From Octopus sinensis (lineage: Eukaryota): a stretch of DNA of 10,571 bases. Location of the stretch: NCBI RefSeq assembly GCF_006345805.1, contig NW_021827638.1, positions 1 to 10,571 on the forward strand, in the 5' to 3' direction. Both the position numbers and the translations under genes were made by a program. The notes beneath the pieces were generated by a model, which worked only from the letters and a program-made list of their open reading frames with translations, had not been told where the DNA came from and did no database searches. Shown piece by piece: positions 8,732 through 10,571 of this stretch. Each line of letters begins with the position of its first letter. Within the stretch, counting starts at the first letter, position 1.

Positions 8732-8765
<34 letters not shown>

Positions 8766-8814
8766 CTTACATATATACATACATAGTACATACATACATA
8801 GATAATACATACAT

Positions 8815-8931
8815 ACAAACAAAAATTCCCTCGTGTTGATGTTGAAATTCCAATGAAGGAACCTTGGATCTAGGTTAGAAACCGGCTCTTTCTCTGTTTG
8901 CAAGAAATCTTGAAATAAAACTGAACAATGA
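8815..8931 (+). mobile_element. Probable true 3' terminus of the R4/Dong-like element
   Basis: Unique segment between (CATA)n tracts, with AATAAA at 8914-8919, ending AATGA-CATACATAC. Assignment to the element is inferred from position and recalled octopus repeats. Confidence 0.5.
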
Positions 8932-9054
8932 CATACATACACACACACACATACACATACACACATACACACATACACACACACGCATATCGTCAGTAGT
9001 TTTATATATCCGGAAAAAATCAGTAATATATATTTTGAAGGATGTATGTTATGG

Positions 9055-9127
9055 CCGGTCAGAGAGTGACCATTGATTTCTCACCTATAAAGCGCTAAGC
9101 TCCAACTCATCAGACTCAAATGACCGG
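9055..9127 (-). ncRNA. Type I hammerhead ribozyme-like motif
   Basis: Minus strand: CCGGUCA-UUU-GAGU-CUGAUGA-(26 nt)-GAAA-UC-AAU-GG-UC/ACUC-UC-UGACCGG. The core, a 3-bp stem III, a GUC cleavage triplet and a bipartite stem I (4+7 bp) are all present. Stem II is weak at its base. Confidence 0.65.
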
Positions 9128-9374
9128 TTATGTGCCTCTGATCATTTCAATTCGGGTACGTGGTATTGATAAGCCACAAAAATGGTGAAACATCGATGTC
9201 CAACACTCCTGGGTGGGATCTGGGGTGTGTTATCACGCCAGTGCATGACTTTCAGGTATTTTAATACCAACCTCCCGGCAAATACACAAGGCGTGTACGT
9301 TAAGTGTGTGTGGTTCGAAGTGTTTGTTACACTAGCGCTGCTTCTGTTTCATATTTGTGTATGTATATATATAC

Positions 9375-9516
9375 ACATATAAGAGGGATGACCTCTAAGT
9401 GGAGATCCATTATGCTAGAAGAAGATCCGCTATGGTCTTATTATACCTTTCTTACCATAGCGGATCTTCTTCTAGCATTATGGATGTCCACTTACAGGTC
9501 AACCCCTCTTATATGT
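9375..9516. repeat. 142-bp hairpin (MITE-like or hairpin RNA)
   Basis: Arms 9375-9436 and 9454-9516, 17-nt loop, 25 consecutive perfect pairs next to the loop, 4 mismatches and 1 bulge. Ends TATAAGAGGG...CCCTCTTATA in a TA-rich context. Confidence 0.8.
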
Positions 9517-9635
9517 ATGTAATATAACTTTTTCTGAAACTTCAGATTTTTCAATATGCTAGACCACTGGTTTTAAATTGATATTAATCAAATTAATATT
9601 CAATTTTTCGCTCTTATTATTTTAAATTTATATAC

Positions 9636-9637
<2 letters not shown>

Positions 9638-9668
<31 letters not shown>

Positions 9669-9712
9669 TGTATGTATGTATGTATGTATGTATGTATGTA
9701 TGTATGTATGTA
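9638..9712. repeat. (TATG)n microsatellite
   Basis: Directly visible. Confidence 0.97.
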
Positions 9713-9915
9713 TTTGACCGCGTGTGTCGTTGACGATTTTCTTTCTCCGCCTTCCCTTCCTTGGACCTTTCTTTTTTCTATGTTTCTGATGAAGAGCTCC
9801 GCTCGAAACGTTAAATCCTCCTTTTTTCTTTCTTGTCCTGAGCGTCCAATAACACTATACTTGTTCCACACGTCCTCGCGTTGTTGTGTTTTCTCTTTGT
9901 TATGTTGTATTAATT
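9713..9915 (+). mobile_element. Penelope-like element terminal-repeat remnant carrying a minimal hammerhead
   Basis: A ~200-bp unique island between microsatellites contains TTT-CTGATGA-A-GAGC-TCC-GCTC-GAAA-CGT-T-AAA. Minimal type I hammerheads with a palindromic stem III are established features of Penelope-like elements. Confidence 0.55.
9782..9816 (+). ncRNA. Minimal type I hammerhead ribozyme
   Basis: CUGAUGA (9786-9792), extra A (9793), stem II GAGC/GCUC with UCC loop, GAAA (9805-9808), palindromic ACGU stem III, predicted cleavage after GUU (9812), stem I GUUU/AAAU. Confidence 0.65.
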
Positions 9916-9928
9916 ATATATATTAATG

Positions 9929-9979
<51 letters not shown>

Positions 9980-9995
9980 TGTATATGTATGTATG

Positions 9996-10027
<32 letters not shown>

Positions 10028-10062
10028 TGTATGTGTGTGTGTGGTGGGTGTTGTGTGTGTGT
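9915..10062. repeat. Compound (TA)n-(TATG)n-(TG)n microsatellite
   Basis: Directly visible; explains the YI/MYVC/HT-repeat ORFs. Confidence 0.95.
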
Positions 10063-10304
10063 ACGTAACAAACTGAAGAAAAGAACCTTCAAAGGGGTGT
10101 ATCAAACATCCGATTCAATGGTACTTCAGATGGATACCATATAAGTATTGGTATAATTCAATATAAAGATAATCAAATCTAGAGATATTCTATTGACATT
10201 CAATAATTTATTTATATTATAATATTACATTAAATATTATGAATATAATATAGAATAACATAATATTATAAAATAATTATACAAACCAGTAAAACCCATT
10301 TCGA

Positions 10305-10366
10305 ATATTATATAATATAATATATATAATATACTAGATATATATATATATAGATATATATATATC

Positions 10367-10445
<79 letters not shown>

Positions 10446-10460
10446 TATATATATATTCTG
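10305..10460. repeat. Interrupted (TA)n microsatellite
   Basis: Directly visible. Confidence 0.95.
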
Positions 10461-10571
10461 ATATACATAATTACAGTTCCATTATTATAAGTCACTTCAG
10501 GACTTGGTTCAGAAAGATGAAATTAGTTTGCTTTTTACGGTCTTCATAATTATTTATATAATATTATGTTA

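Noticed and set aside
7672-8760. Tandem units as a CRISPR-like array or retrozyme multimer
   Set aside because: No repeat-spacer pattern, the context is eukaryotic, and there is no ribozyme core within the repeated unit.

Overview
Eukaryotic, AT-rich, repeat-saturated non-coding DNA (intronic or intergenic). The SINE sequences and microsatellite load resemble octopus/coleoid cephalopod genomes; this is recalled from memory, not verified by search. No complete gene is present, and nearly all listed ORFs are microsatellite or SINE read-through artefacts. Contents: (1) about 12 full or partial tRNA-derived SINE copies from at least 3 families, one nested inside another with an 11-bp TSD. (2) A 5'-truncated, disabled R4/Dong-like non-LTR retrotransposon end (RLE domain), present as two near-identical ~522-bp tandem units in (CATA)n repeats. 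(3) Three foldback elements: ~148 bp, ~590 bp and 142 bp. (4) Many microsatellites. (5) A few weak exon candidates. The most interesting signal is at 8.85-9.82 kb: a minus-strand type I hammerhead-ribozyme fold (9055-9127, weak stem II), a plus-strand minimal Penelope-type hammerhead (9782-9816), a degenerate hammerhead-like motif in the retrotransposon 3' end, and a long hairpin whose four mismatches are all same-base pairs.
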